A DNA stretch of 64,000 nt from Epiperipatus broadwayi (GCA_028023455.1 JAQFVV010000006.1:18910001-18974000); one strand, 5' to 3'. Positions 41,193 to 52,700 are shown, numbered from the stretch's first letter. Numbers and translations: made by a program. Notes: generated by a model from the sequence alone, not told the origin.

Positions 41193-41343
41193 ACTATCCA
41201 CATGATCACCACTTCTCATGCTTACCCAAGCTGTTAAAACAGGGCAAAATTTTCCATATAGTAGTGCCACCTAGTACAAACTAGAGTAATCAATGGATGC
41301 AAGAAAATTTGTGCATAAAATCTTTAGCTAGTTTTGCCTGTTT
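41193..41343 (+). mobile_element. Second copy of the short fold-back family, 9-bp TSD
   Basis: TSD taaatactg at 41184-41192 and 41344-41352; colinear with the 46284 copy up to taatcaat; same ttttgcctgttt end. Confidence 0.7.
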
Positions 41344-42324
41344 TAAATACTGCTTAAACTCCGAGTTGACTGACTTTGCAGTCAGAACTTGGGGGGGGGG
41401 GGCAATATCTTACTTGGAATGCCTTTTATAATATTTTCCATCAATCTCTGTCTGTGTAGAATGTTTTTAAAAAACTTTTCTGTCTTTTCCACCTTTTTTT
41501 AATTATAAAGAAATTAATTTATAATTTGAATATTATGATTAGATAAAATTGAATTTTCTATATAAAAAAATTTAGATCATAAATTATTATTCATCAGTTA
41601 AGTCTCTTTAATCATATATCTTTGACATTTACATTTTTTAAACTATCCAAACTTACCATTACAACATAAGACAGTATATATGTAGAATGCCACCTCCACC
41701 CCCAATCCATTTGAATAAATTTCTTTGCACATCACAAAATTTATATAGCTGATACTGTTAGATAAATATTAGAAATTATTTTAGAGTCAAAATGCTCTAA
41801 ATAATTAAATAAATGAATAGTATAAATTATTTAATGCTGTAAATTTTTCACTAACCCATTTATTTGGTGATACATATCTTTCAATTAAATAAGTGGATAT
41901 TTATTTTATCTACATTTTATTCTTTTGTTACCACGATGGCATAGCATCAAATGAAATTCTCTAATTTAATACCTGCATTCTTGTTTTATTTTACATTTAA
42001 AATGTTAGAACTTGATTGATAATTGTCACTATGTTAACAAAGAGATGTAATAGTATAAACATTCTCATTACTTTTTAGAGTAGTTTTAAAACCATTCTGT
42101 AAGATCATGATTAATTCCATCTACAAATTTATAAACACTTTAGAAAATGTCCAAAAAAAATTCCTTTTTTAAATTTTTACATTATTGTAACTCCAATAGA
42201 AATTTTTAGAAACATTTTGTTTGAATATTTTTGAAAAGCTATGTTGAGTATCAATTTAAACCACTAAACATCGCATGATCACCATCTTTTATGCAGAAAA
42301 ATTATTTGGATGAGTGGGAGGAAA

Positions 42325-43391
42325 AAATTGATAAATGAAGCAACGAAAAGAAAGGGATTGATAAAAAAAATAACAGTTTTTCATATAATAAATATGATGT
42401 AGCTAGAATTATATGTTATATGGAAAGGAGTTGCAGTAGCAGGGTTAACATATAGTAATGATGCATTAAATGTTAGTAAAGGGGTATTAAATTACCTAAA
42501 AAAAAGTTCAAAGGGAAGTAGGAAGACATGCATTGGATGCAGATGTATTGACAGCAAGGGAGGCAATTCAAGGAGAAATGGGATGGTCAAGTTTTCATAT
42601 GAGGGATGCAAAAAGTAAAATGAAAATGTTTGATAGATTGCAGTTTATGGATAATAAAAGAATAGTTAAAATAGTATTTAACTGGGTTATGAGTAAAGGG
42701 CAGGCAACAAGATGGGTGAGAAAGGTAAGGTGGTATGCAAAAGATTTGGATAAAGAATTTATATCAGTATATTTGTACAAAAGATGGGATGATTGTGTTT
42801 GGAGGATTGTTGAGTGTTAAAGTAGTAAGGAATGGGATAAAGGAATAGATTTATTAATAAAGAATAGGGAGTTAGAGAGATGGAGAACTAGTGTGGAGAG
42901 TAAACAGAGTTTAAATATATATAGAAATAAACAGAATGTTAGGTGTGAATTAATATATGATAATAGTAAGGAAAGTAGTTTATTGTTTAAGGCTCGAACG
43001 GGATCTTTAGCAACAAGAGAATATACATGTAAGTGAAAAAATATGGGTGATTTAGTCTGTAAATTATGTAAGGAAGGAATAGAAAATATTAGGCATCTGT
43101 TAATTGAATGTAAATGCTTGAAAACAGAAAGGGCACATATAATGAAGTTATGGAAGAATAAATATGAAAAAAGTGATTATACAGAAAGTGGATTATTGGT
43201 TTTTATGCTGGGTTTAGGAAAAGATAGATATAAAGGCCATAGAGTTGATAAAGATGTTGTGGAAATGGGATGGAGCAGAATATGGGAAAACTTAGACTGG
43301 GAAATGGAAAATAAAGTGGCTAACAGGTTTCTCTGGGCATAATTGCTGAAAGATTCTTGACTTCATTTAAGGAGAAGCTACAGTACATCAC
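42325..43391 (+). mobile_element. 3' part of the second LINE family, including the CCHC-like knuckle
   Basis: EAIQGEMGWSSF and CKLCKEGIENIRHLLIEC; nucleotide similarity to the reverse complement of 36058-37100; catcacatc 3' end. Confidence 0.85.
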
Positions 43392-45495
43392 ATCAATTTG
43401 GTTTTCAAATACATAATTTGTATTTTTGGTAACTTTTTCTATAGTAGTTTCTCTTTTTTTCACTCTAAGTATTCTGAACAAAATTTTGTCTCAAATTTTT
43501 CACAGCTTCTTGTGACTTTAGTTATGAATTATTGAAATCAGTTTCTAGGCAAAGAAACACAAGATTTAAAAATAAAAATTTAGATAATCAAAACCATTCT
43601 GATTAAAAATATTGAACCATAATATTTACTCTGCTTGCAGAGAAAATTAAGATTTTTAAATTATGTGGAACAAAATATAATCAAATTTAAGATATTTAAC
43701 TTTCTGTACTTTCTTTTGTATAACATCGCATGTTTTAATTTTTTGAATCATAAATATATTTTAGTAGTTTCACATGTTATCTTTTGAATTATCCAAAATA
43801 CTTAAAACAGTAATCTTAAAATGTATAATTTTAAAATCAGTTTTAGAAAAATGTGATCATGGTTTTCATTAATTATTTAATATTTTTTATAGTTCCCTTT
43901 AACAATACATCTAACAAGAAAATACATTTCATGTCTGCTGGAAGTCATAGAATTTTTCGATGTTAACAAATTAATCTTTCCATTATTGCGAGGGATTTCA
44001 ATTGATTGAAACGGTCTTCTTCCTAATGCTTGAAGAGTTATTTATTACTGCTTATTTCTATATCCCTCTTATATTTTTTATCTTACACTTTTACCAAAGC
44101 GAGATGTCTTTGTATTTTGAAAACCACCTAAAATAGCCCATCATTGCATTCATTTTTGCTTTACTATCACCTAATTCTCCAAAATACTATCTACTACAAT
44201 GTAATTGTAGATAATAAGAGAAAAAGAAATTTCCCAATCTAGATTTGGATTTAGACAATCTTGAAAGAATATTTTCTTACCCAACTTGCAAACAAAACTA
44301 CATTAAAATCAATGCAATAAAATTCTAATTTTAAAAAAAAATTTCTTTTTGTTTGAAGAAAACAAAATTAATTAGTTTTATGGTTAGTTATTTGGGAGAT
44401 CATGTGACACCCAAATATCAGTCAGAATCAGCAAAATAGTTTTCAATTGATCAAAGTGAGATTTTTTTATTTAGCTGAAAGTTCATAAATCTTGAACCTA
44501 CCATTTTGCCTTTGTTTGATATCAATTTCTAGAAGAAAATTCAGATTCCAGAAATTAGAAGCAGCATTTTAATATCTGGAATAAAAAGTGACATATATAA
44601 TCTAACAAAATAAGTTGATTAATTTATCCTTTAAAATACTGCCTACATTAATTCTAAAAAGGAAAACAATGAGAATTTGGATTTAGAGAAAGTCCATATT
44701 TTAAAATATAATTCTAAATAATTACATTAAAGCAATTTTATCTATCAAAAATTCATTGTTGTTGTGTGATTTGGTCATATTCTATAAGAATTTTCCGGTT
44801 TGTATTTTAATGTATACAAAAGATCAACTCTATTCATGTTTTTAAAATCCATGGATTCAATAATTCATGCTTGAAAAAGAAATGAATTAAATTTAAAAAA
44901 TCTATAATTTTGTTAATTTCGTGTTATTTTATTTTATAGCAGCAATGAAAGCATCGCACTTATTTGTCTTTTTGTATTAGAAAATTAAAATTTCTCTTCA
45001 AATGACACTATCCAAATGCACAAAGCAATTCTGCCAAATCTACAAGAAGTGTTTCTTTTATGCCATAAAATTGATTGAATTTAGAAAGAAAGTATTGAAT
45101 GTGTTGAAGCTGGCAAAATAATTTGTGCTTCTGAAACTGCCAGTATTCAATGAAGAGCATGAAGTTTGTGGGTAGAAGGAATGTTCTAGTAAATAGACAT
45201 ATTAAAAAGGTATTGGATCTATAGAAAAACTAACAAAAAAGAATGTTCTGGTAAACAGTACTAAAAAGCATTAAATTGTTATGATATCATTAAGGATTGT
45301 TTAGATTCAGAAATTGGTATGAACTTAAAAACATCACTTCAGCATTATATTTTCTGAATTACATAAACATCCATCACAAGAAAAAGGATAGTAATTTTCA
45401 ATCTATAACTAGTGTCTGAATAATAATGTTTTGCAACAATGAATTATTCTTGTCCACCATAAATGAGTAATTTATATATATATATTTAATTTTAG

Positions 45496-45647
45496 TAATT
45501 CTGATTCTGAAAGTAGTTCAGAAGCTGACATGTTCCTAAATCATAAATCTAGTCCTATAAGAAGAGGGGGCGGTGAAAGCCCAGCTGCAACGCCTAAAGC
45601 CCAAACTACTATGGTATTGAGTACGTCTGTCAAGTCAGAACTTGATT
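45496..45647 (+). CDS. MYO18A: Probable myosin XVIII C-terminal low-complexity exon (SNSDSESSSEADMFLNHKSSPIRRGGGESPAATPKAQTTMVLSTSVKSELD)
   Basis: ttttag| and |gtaagt. The only open frame is the phase-2 entry required by the exon ending at 34981. GC-richer than its flanks. Confidence 0.75.
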
Positions 45648-46283
45648 GTAAGTATAACCTAATATATTTTATTAAATATCTTTTTTTAATATTTTCATAA
45701 TTCATGGACAGAGGGAGGGGAGTGAAAGTTTTAATAAAAAATTACTTTGAATAAAAAATGCACACAATCTTTTTATAAAATAATAAATTTAAAAAAAATA
45801 CTATGAACCGTTATTTTTTGATGAAACTGTAATTTGAGATACTTAAATAAATTATCAGAAGTATGACTAATGATTAGCAGCTGCTATGATAATCATAATT
45901 ATGCAATAGGATACTATATTCAGTTGTATTACCTATTCCTAGTTATTCCAATCTTCCTTCAGGCAAAAAAATAATGGCACTCATGCTTGGTCAGTCATGT
46001 TCCTATCCCAAAGTGTAAGCCAGAATATAACGGTTCCATTTAGTTGCCCAGACATAATTCTTTTCTTAATTGGTAATCTATCAAGAATCTTGCAACTTTC
46101 TACACAATTAATCTTTAGCTTGGCTATGCAGAAATAGTATGGCCATAGAAAAGACTATTATTCGGTATGCTAAAGCCATATCTGTGAAATTAATAATCTA
46201 AAAAAAAAAAAAAAGGAAGAATAAATAGTCAGTTAACGTAGCTTCAGTTAATATGTATTGATTAGCTAAAAATTCCCAAAATT

Positions 46284-46445
46284 AAACCACTAAACATCAC
46301 ATGGTCACCATTTCTTATGCTTGCTCATAACTGTTATTAAAACAGGCAAAACTCTTCTTACAGTAGTGCCACTCAGTGCAACCCAGAGTAATCAATCTCT
46401 GGCTTGCACTGAGTGGCACTACTGTATGAGAGTTTTGCTTGTTTT
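46284..46445 (+). mobile_element. Short fold-back element with 13-bp TSD
   Basis: TSD aattcccaaaatt at 46271-46283 and 46446-46458; contains a ~52-bp stem hairpin at 46337-46447. Confidence 0.8.
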
Positions 46446-47290
46446 AATTCCCAAAATTCTGAATAGATTGTCATCCCAAAGTCCTGCTCAGTTAGAGCTA
46501 AAATCAAAATTGGGCTAGCTACCCATGTGTCACATTGCATAAATAACAAAAAGCAATGAGATTCCAAATTATTAGAAGATAAACGAGAGTTTAAAACAAA
46601 GACTATTGAACAAAATTGGCTTTCATGAAAAGACAAATCGCAAAGCAATTTGAAAAAAAATATTTTTTTTATTAGAAAGATAGGGAAGGGAAAAAAGGGT
46701 ATTGATTGATAACTGTAATAAATAAATAAGTATTTAGGATATGAAGTACGAGTTTTCACCTAAATAATTTAGAAATAGTAAATCAAATTTATAAGAATTG
46801 TTAGGTCAATATAAGTTGGGAATTCTTAATTTTATATTTTAGTCTATGATAACTAAAACAATGATCAAAATTTTGTAAATGAAAACACTCAATTTGTCTT
46901 GTATTATGTAAAAAATTTCTAAGCCAGAAAACTGTTTTTCATATTAAATTAAGATTTTTGTGGCAGTAAACATTTTTTCCCTGTTCCATTGTCTTTATAG
47001 TGGGCTTGAAAGAATTAGGGAATGGATTATATTGCTTGATCATCATTGTAATTTTATCATGGCTTACCATCCTCTTAATTTATTCTATCATCTTATATTT
47101 AAATATTTTCCCTGCACTTTCTTTTCTCTATTCCCTATATCATTCTCATCTGTTCTTTCACATTTTACAATTAACTACATACCATCTGATTATATTATTT
47201 ATGTTTAGTCTATTACTATTGATGAAGAGAAAATACAGCACTTGGTAGATCTTTGTCAGCTATAACTTAAATATATACTTTTATTTTCAG

Positions 47291-47306
47291 ATTTTACTTC
47301 AAATAG
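47291..47306 (+). CDS. Candidate 16-nt microexon of myosin XVIII
   Basis: ttattttcag|attttacttcaaatag|gtaaat; strong splice sites on both sides; no homology support. Confidence 0.4.
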
Positions 47307-47392
47307 GTAAATTAGTACTTTCTACTAGTTTGTAATTTTTGTAACACTTTATTATTATTACATGCTGTTTTTGTTTTGTTTTGTTTTTTTAG

Positions 47393-47459
47393 GTTAAAAA
47401 AAAACCACTCATTACTGGTGAAGATAATTCCTGGTGGAACAAATTGTAATCTTTACTGA
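47393..47459 (+). CDS. Candidate terminal exon of myosin XVIII (reading frame uncertain)
   Basis: Very strong T-rich acceptor (ttgttttttttag|). Phase-2 frame gives RLKKNHSLLVKIIPGGTNCNLY* (stop 47457-47459); phase-0 frame gives VKKKPLITGEDNSWWNKL* (stop 47447-47449). Confidence 0.5.
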
Positions 47460-47587
47460 GAGTGTTTTCTTGTAATTCATATATGCAGTGTGTACGTGAA
47501 TATGTATGTATATGTGCGATTGTTTTATATATACATGTAACATTTAAAAAACTATGATTGAACCGTATTTACGAGATTTTTTTAATC

Positions 47588-47599
47588 TTTATTATTAAA
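47588..47599. terminator. Back-to-back polyadenylation hexamers (AATAAA on -, ATTAAA on +)
   Basis: tttatt (47588-47593) abuts attaaa (47594-47599), between the predicted stop codons of the two convergent genes. Confidence 0.4.
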
Positions 47600-47640
47600 A
47601 AATTATTGTAAACAAATTGCTTCGAGTATATTAAAAAGAA

Positions 47641-47766
47641 TTAGGCAGTATTATCAGTTACAATAATTCCCGAACACATGAAGTGCCTAAATTTGCCCAA
47701 TTTTTCTATGGTAGCCATAGTGAAATACGGTGATGAGAATGGAAAAAAATCTTCAAAAGTCAAGTT
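47641..47766 (-). CDS. Candidate terminal coding exon of minus-strand gene (NLTFEDFFPFSSPYFTMATIEKLGKFRHFMCSGIIVTDNTA*)
   Basis: Stop-free phase-0 frame to TAA at 47643-47641, with AATAAA on - at 47593-47588. The acceptor at 47767 is purine-rich and weak. Alternative route: a 28-nt exon 48018-47991 plus an acceptor at 47751 enters the same frame. Confidence 0.45.
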   Translation of the reverse strand, partial: NLTFEDFFPFSSPYFTMATIEKLGKFRHFMCSGIIVTDNTA

Positions 47767-48080
47767 CTAACTTCTTATCCTTTTTTCATCATCTTCCATA
47801 TCTTTATTACTATTTGTCATGTTTTTAATTACAGTAAAAAATAAAACATTTATAAAAATAATGAAAAAAAACTATAAGTTTAATGACAAATTTGTTACAT
47901 ACTACTTAGGATTATATTGTATTTTTTTTTTCCTCCCCAAAAAAGAATGGTATATTGAGAGTGGAAATTAATTGTTAAAAGATTATTTACCCACTCCAGA
48001 AAGTGTTGTGTTTATTAACTGAGATGGTTTATAAGTAGTTTAATGAATTGTTTAATTTATTGAAATTATGTAATATATAC

Positions 48081-48145
48081 CTTTTCAAATCCTTCCTGAT
48101 CCCGATTTGTTTTTGTTGAATGGTGCTTCAGAAATCGATCTGGAC
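48081..48145 (-). CDS. Internal exon of unidentified minus-strand gene (GPDRFLKHHSTKTNRDQEGFEK)
   Basis: Acceptor tttgttaattgcag| and donor aaaag|gtatat; 65 nt, phase 1/0, in frame with the exon ending at 55425. Confidence 0.7.
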
Positions 48146-48610
48146 CTGCAATTAACAAATACAAATTACAGAACTTATGCTGCAGTTCAAGAAGTGATGA
48201 AAATATTTAGAAATATTAAAAGAAGCTAATATATAATTTATTGTATAATTGAATTGAAGCCTCAAAAGCTAATATAACTTCCAAATTTAAGCCAGCAGCC
48301 AATATTTCTGTTGTATACTCATTCAGGTAATCCTTTGATTGCCTTTTGTTATGTAGGATTAGTCACTAAAGTTTTATTTAAGATATTGTTTATAGCAATA
48401 CCTGTACAATCATTACACGGTTAAATGTTAATTTTGTAAATAAACAGCTTTATCATTCCTTTTCATTTTTTTCATCATTCTTCTATCTGCAAATGATTTT
48501 TAAATATTATTTCCATTATATAAATAAATAAAATATTGAAATAACTTTGTGTTTTTTTTTTTTATTATTATCATTCATTTTTTAAACTTTTCAAGTTCAA
48601 AAGAGAAATG

Positions 48611-48688
48611 CCGAGTGGTCAGCACAGCTGCCTGACAAGCGGTTGTCCCAGGTTTGCTTCCCGGGCGATGCTTTGACACATGAAAAAA
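48611..48688 (+). mobile_element. Second copy of the short tRNA-derived SINE, with TSD
   Basis: ccgagtggtcagc..ccaggttt..cccgggcgatgctttgacac + A tail; 12-bp TSD aaaagagaaatg at 48599-48610 and 48689-48700. Confidence 0.75.
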
Positions 48689-49065
48689 AAAAGAGAAATG
48701 TTACATGCACAAATTTATAAATAAATATATTTTTTCATCCAATATATATAAAACCAACATCGTAAATTGTAAAAAAAAATATTTAACATAAATTAATTAT
48801 ATTTTAAAAAAATAATAATAAACATCTTACATCATTGTAATAAATGTTTTATTGTGAAAACTTATTTTGGTATTTACTTAACATATAATGCATGTATATA
48901 CATACATAAAATTATAGCTTTAAATTTTCACTTTAGATTTAATATTGTACTGATTTTAAGTGAGAAATGGATTCATTTTCTCGTGTTTATAAATTTTGAA
49001 TCTGAGACTAATTGCATTTTCATTTGGTCTAATCAAAAGTTGAATAATTCAATATAGGAGTATGG

Positions 49066-51698
49066 GGCTTATAGAAAGGAGTTTGCTGTTAACTGAAAGA
49101 AGGCTCGATTCCTTGTTGTTTTTAATATATAATTGTTCATATAGTATATGAACATGGATGGACTGTTTACCAACATGGTGATTTTTCTTGCCAGAATATG
49201 TTTGTGTGTAAATGATTTAAATAGATATTTACAATCATAGTGAACAAAAATAAGTAAATCGTGAGCAAGACAGTGGTTGGCGCCAATGGTGGAGGATATT
49301 AAGAATCAGATTGTAGAACTCAGGCTGTCATTTGATGGGAACATTTATTTAAGTACATAGTGTAATCACTTACAAGTGAAGGAAGAGTGTAGAAATTGGA
49401 AGAAGAGCTATCTAATAATATTAGACAGTTGTTGTCAGACTTTGTGAAGTTAGAAGAAAAAGTGGGCTTGTACTTTACTATAAAGACACAAATATTAAAA
49501 GCACAAGTAGAATGGGATTTATTATAAATAAAAAGGAGAAGAACATCAATAGAGAATTTAATAGAAAATATCAAATACAGATAATTAAGGTTTATGCCCA
49601 ATAAGTTATTATGATGAAGAAGTAGAGGTTTTTTATATGGATATGTTAGAATTGGTAAATTGCTGAGAGATGAAAATGCTATGGGTAAATTTGGTTATGA
49701 TATTGGATAGATTGTGGAATTCGAGAAAAAGAAAAATTATATATTATGAATCATTTCTTTGAGAAAAATGCTGAACAGAAATGAATATGGAAGCATCCAA
49801 ATGAAAGTATAGCAGAATTGGATATTTTGACTAACAGAAAATGTATTCCAAGATGATAATGTTCTTAATAAATTCAACAAGGAAATGATCATCAATTAAT
49901 AAAATGTGTTAATGTGAAACTAGAGACACAAAAATTATTAAGGAAAAACAGTATTTAAAGTTGATATCTCTAATCTTCAGAAATATTCCAATGAATTTAA
50001 AATAGAACTCGCAAGTCATTTTAAAATATTAATATATTTTGAAAATAATTCAGAGTTGAATGAAATTAATAGGAAAATACCTGATGCCCTATTAAGAACT
50101 GAGACATCAATTTACCAGTAACTTTTTTACTAGGACAAAACAATGCATTTAGAAAAAAAGGAATTTGAAAATTTGTAACAATAATCTCTTACGAAAAATT
50201 GAATATTTAGAGTATAGTAAAATGGTATGAAAAGAGTTAATAATATAAAAAAACATAATTGTGAATTAGTAAGAAAAGTTAGAAGAGAAAAAAAGTGCCA
50301 AACAATACCTTGACTTTGATAGGAAACTTATTTCTGCAATAAGGAATGATCGGACCATCAATAAAAAGAGATGACATCATGAATTGTGTGGAAGAGTTGT
50401 ATAAAGAATTATATAGCAGTAAAGAACAAGAAAGAAAAACCATATATGAATTGTCCAGCATTCTAAATAAAGAGGTGAGATATACATTTAACTCCAGATA
50501 TTGATGGAATTATAATCACTATCTTGAAAGAAACAGACGATATAAAAAAATATTATTAGAAATTATAGACCTATTAATCTTTCATCAGTTCCATATAAAA
50601 ATTTTATCAAAATAATTACATCTCATCTACAGCAAACTGGATTTTTACCAAGTTGTTTTAGCACATATTGAATATGCCTTGCCATTATATTTTGGATTTG
50701 TAGATAATGAAAAGACATTTAATTCTATCAGCATTTGTACAGTGATTAAAATATTGGATCATCAAAATATAGGCCCAGAATGTTGGCATATTCTAAAGAA
50801 TATTGGTGGTCGAGAGGTCAGCGCGACTGCCTTGCACTTGCAGGCAGTTGTCTGGGTTGCGGGTTCGCGTCCCGGCCGATGCTATGACACTAAAAAAAAT
50901 GCAACAGCAGTTAGTTTGTATAATGATACTAAAAAGATTAACATTGAGAAGGATGTACAACATTGATTCTATATCTCCAAATTTATTCCAGCAGTTTTAC
51001 AAGAAGTACTTTGTGGATTAAAAGTAAATGGAGATTATTTTACTTATACAGATTTTGCAACTGATGTGGTTGTTTTTGTAAAAAAAATACTCAAGCTTTA
51101 GGAAATGTTGCAACAATTATTTGCCATGAAATGACTAAAGATAAATGATAAAAAGAATAATGTTCAACGGATTTTCTCAAAAGAAGAAAACAAAAATTGA
51201 TAATGATGTATTGGGAAAACTTAATCACTATAAATACTTAGGTCAAATTATTAATACTGAGGAAGTATAATGGATGAAATTAATCCTAGTATTAAACTTG
51301 GATAGAGCTACTTTTCTTAGAAGTATGTTGAAATGTGGACACTTAACAGAAGAGCAATACAAAGACTTCAGACCATTCAACAAAGTACAGAGAGGTTAAG
51401 AAGTAACAGGAAAAGATCAAAAACTAAATACATGAGTGAGAGAACCAGATATCATCGAAAGAATTAAGTGCCTAAAATAAAACTGGGCTGGACATATTGC
51501 TAGAAGAAATAATAAACAATAGACAGTTGAAATCTTGAACTGGATTCCAAGAGTTTGTAAAAGATTTAGAAACAGATTACTTGTGAAATAAATTGATAAA
51601 AATTGGCTAGTGTGATGTGGAGAAAGAGAGGTTAGAGATTGGATTAAATTTGGATAACCATCCTGCAGCGGATCTATAATGTTGAAAATGATGATGAT
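49066..51698 (+). mobile_element. Decayed near-full-length copy of the same RTE family
   Basis: Colinear similarity to 27700-24420, including the 5' UTR (gaaaggagtttgc..., catatagtata.gaacatggatggactg) and the gatgatgat tail; no intact ORF. Confidence 0.88.
50805..50899 (+). mobile_element. Short tRNA-derived SINE inserted into the decayed RTE
   Basis: A-box-like GGTGGTCGAGAGG, B box GGGTTCGCGTCCC, tail CCGATGCTATGACAC + oligo(A); interrupts the RTE at ..aagaatatt|aaaaatgcaaca... Confidence 0.8.
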
Positions 51699-52396
51699 AG
51701 TGATATGGGAAAAAAAAGTGTATTATTATTTAGCAGCAAACACAAAAGTATTTTAATTATCCTAGTATTTAAATGGAAAAGAGGATGTATTATATTGCTG
51801 AAATAAAATGTAAGAAAGTGAAATATCCATGCTCAATTTATTTTCTATTGGAGGAAAGATGGCATCCCTTTCATTATCCTAGTTCAATCAGTTACCCTAA
51901 AGCAACATTTTTATTGAAGAAATTAATAAATAAATAAAATGGCTAATTTTGTGCCTTTTCCAGAAATAAAATCTGAATTTCTGTGAATTGAAACTTGCTT
52001 AGAACAAATCAATGACCTACTTTATGATATGAGTGATTAACATATGTCTGGGTCAATAAAGTATGGTCTACAAATTCAAAATTGAATCTGATGTCATAGA
52101 TATTGAAACATGTGCAACATTTTTTATTAAGATATTTATCTACATCTTTATCAGGATTTATATTTAATTTTTAAATATTTTCAAATATATATACGTATAC
52201 AGAAAATGGATTTAGAAAATTGCTTTCTTTGCTGATTTGATAAATCAGTTAAATAACCTAAGATTTTTATGGAGAAAATTTACTTATTTTGGATTTAAAA
52301 ACTTGTCAAAGAATTTAGGCTGAAATTAATTGCAAGTCTTAGCCAAAAAAATTTTTGAAACACTTTAATTAAGACATAATGACAAATTTTCTATCA

Positions 52397-52586
52397 GAGT
52401 ACCAAACTGTCCATACAGTGTGCTTCCAAGTGCAAGCCTTCGAAATCAATGGATGCAGGAAGGTTTGTGCATAAAATCCCCATCTAGTACCAATTCATCC
52501 AACATCGCCATACTAGTTTCTAGCTTGTGACATCTATTGATTACAAAGGCTTGCACTTGACCCTACTGTACAAGAATTTGGTACTC
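52397..52586. mobile_element. MITE-like element with ~50-bp imperfect inverted arms, related to the inner part of the fold-back family
   Basis: gagtaccaaa..tacagt..agtgcaagcc..aatcaat / attgatt..ggcttgcact..actgta..tttggtactc; interior ggatgca.gaa..tttgtgcataaaatc shared with 41295-41322. Confidence 0.65.
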
Positions 52587-52700
52587 TTATTAACAGCATG
52601 TGTATGTGATGTTTTGATAATTTTTATCTACTTTTTATGAATAGAATTCATTTCTTTTACGTTTCATTTTTTGGTTTGATGTTTTGAAATATATAGTATA

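Noticed and set aside
24420-51698. Inverted RTE copies as drivers of myosin-18 circular RNA
   Set aside because: The + copy lies beyond the predicted myosin-18 3' end and is heavily decayed.
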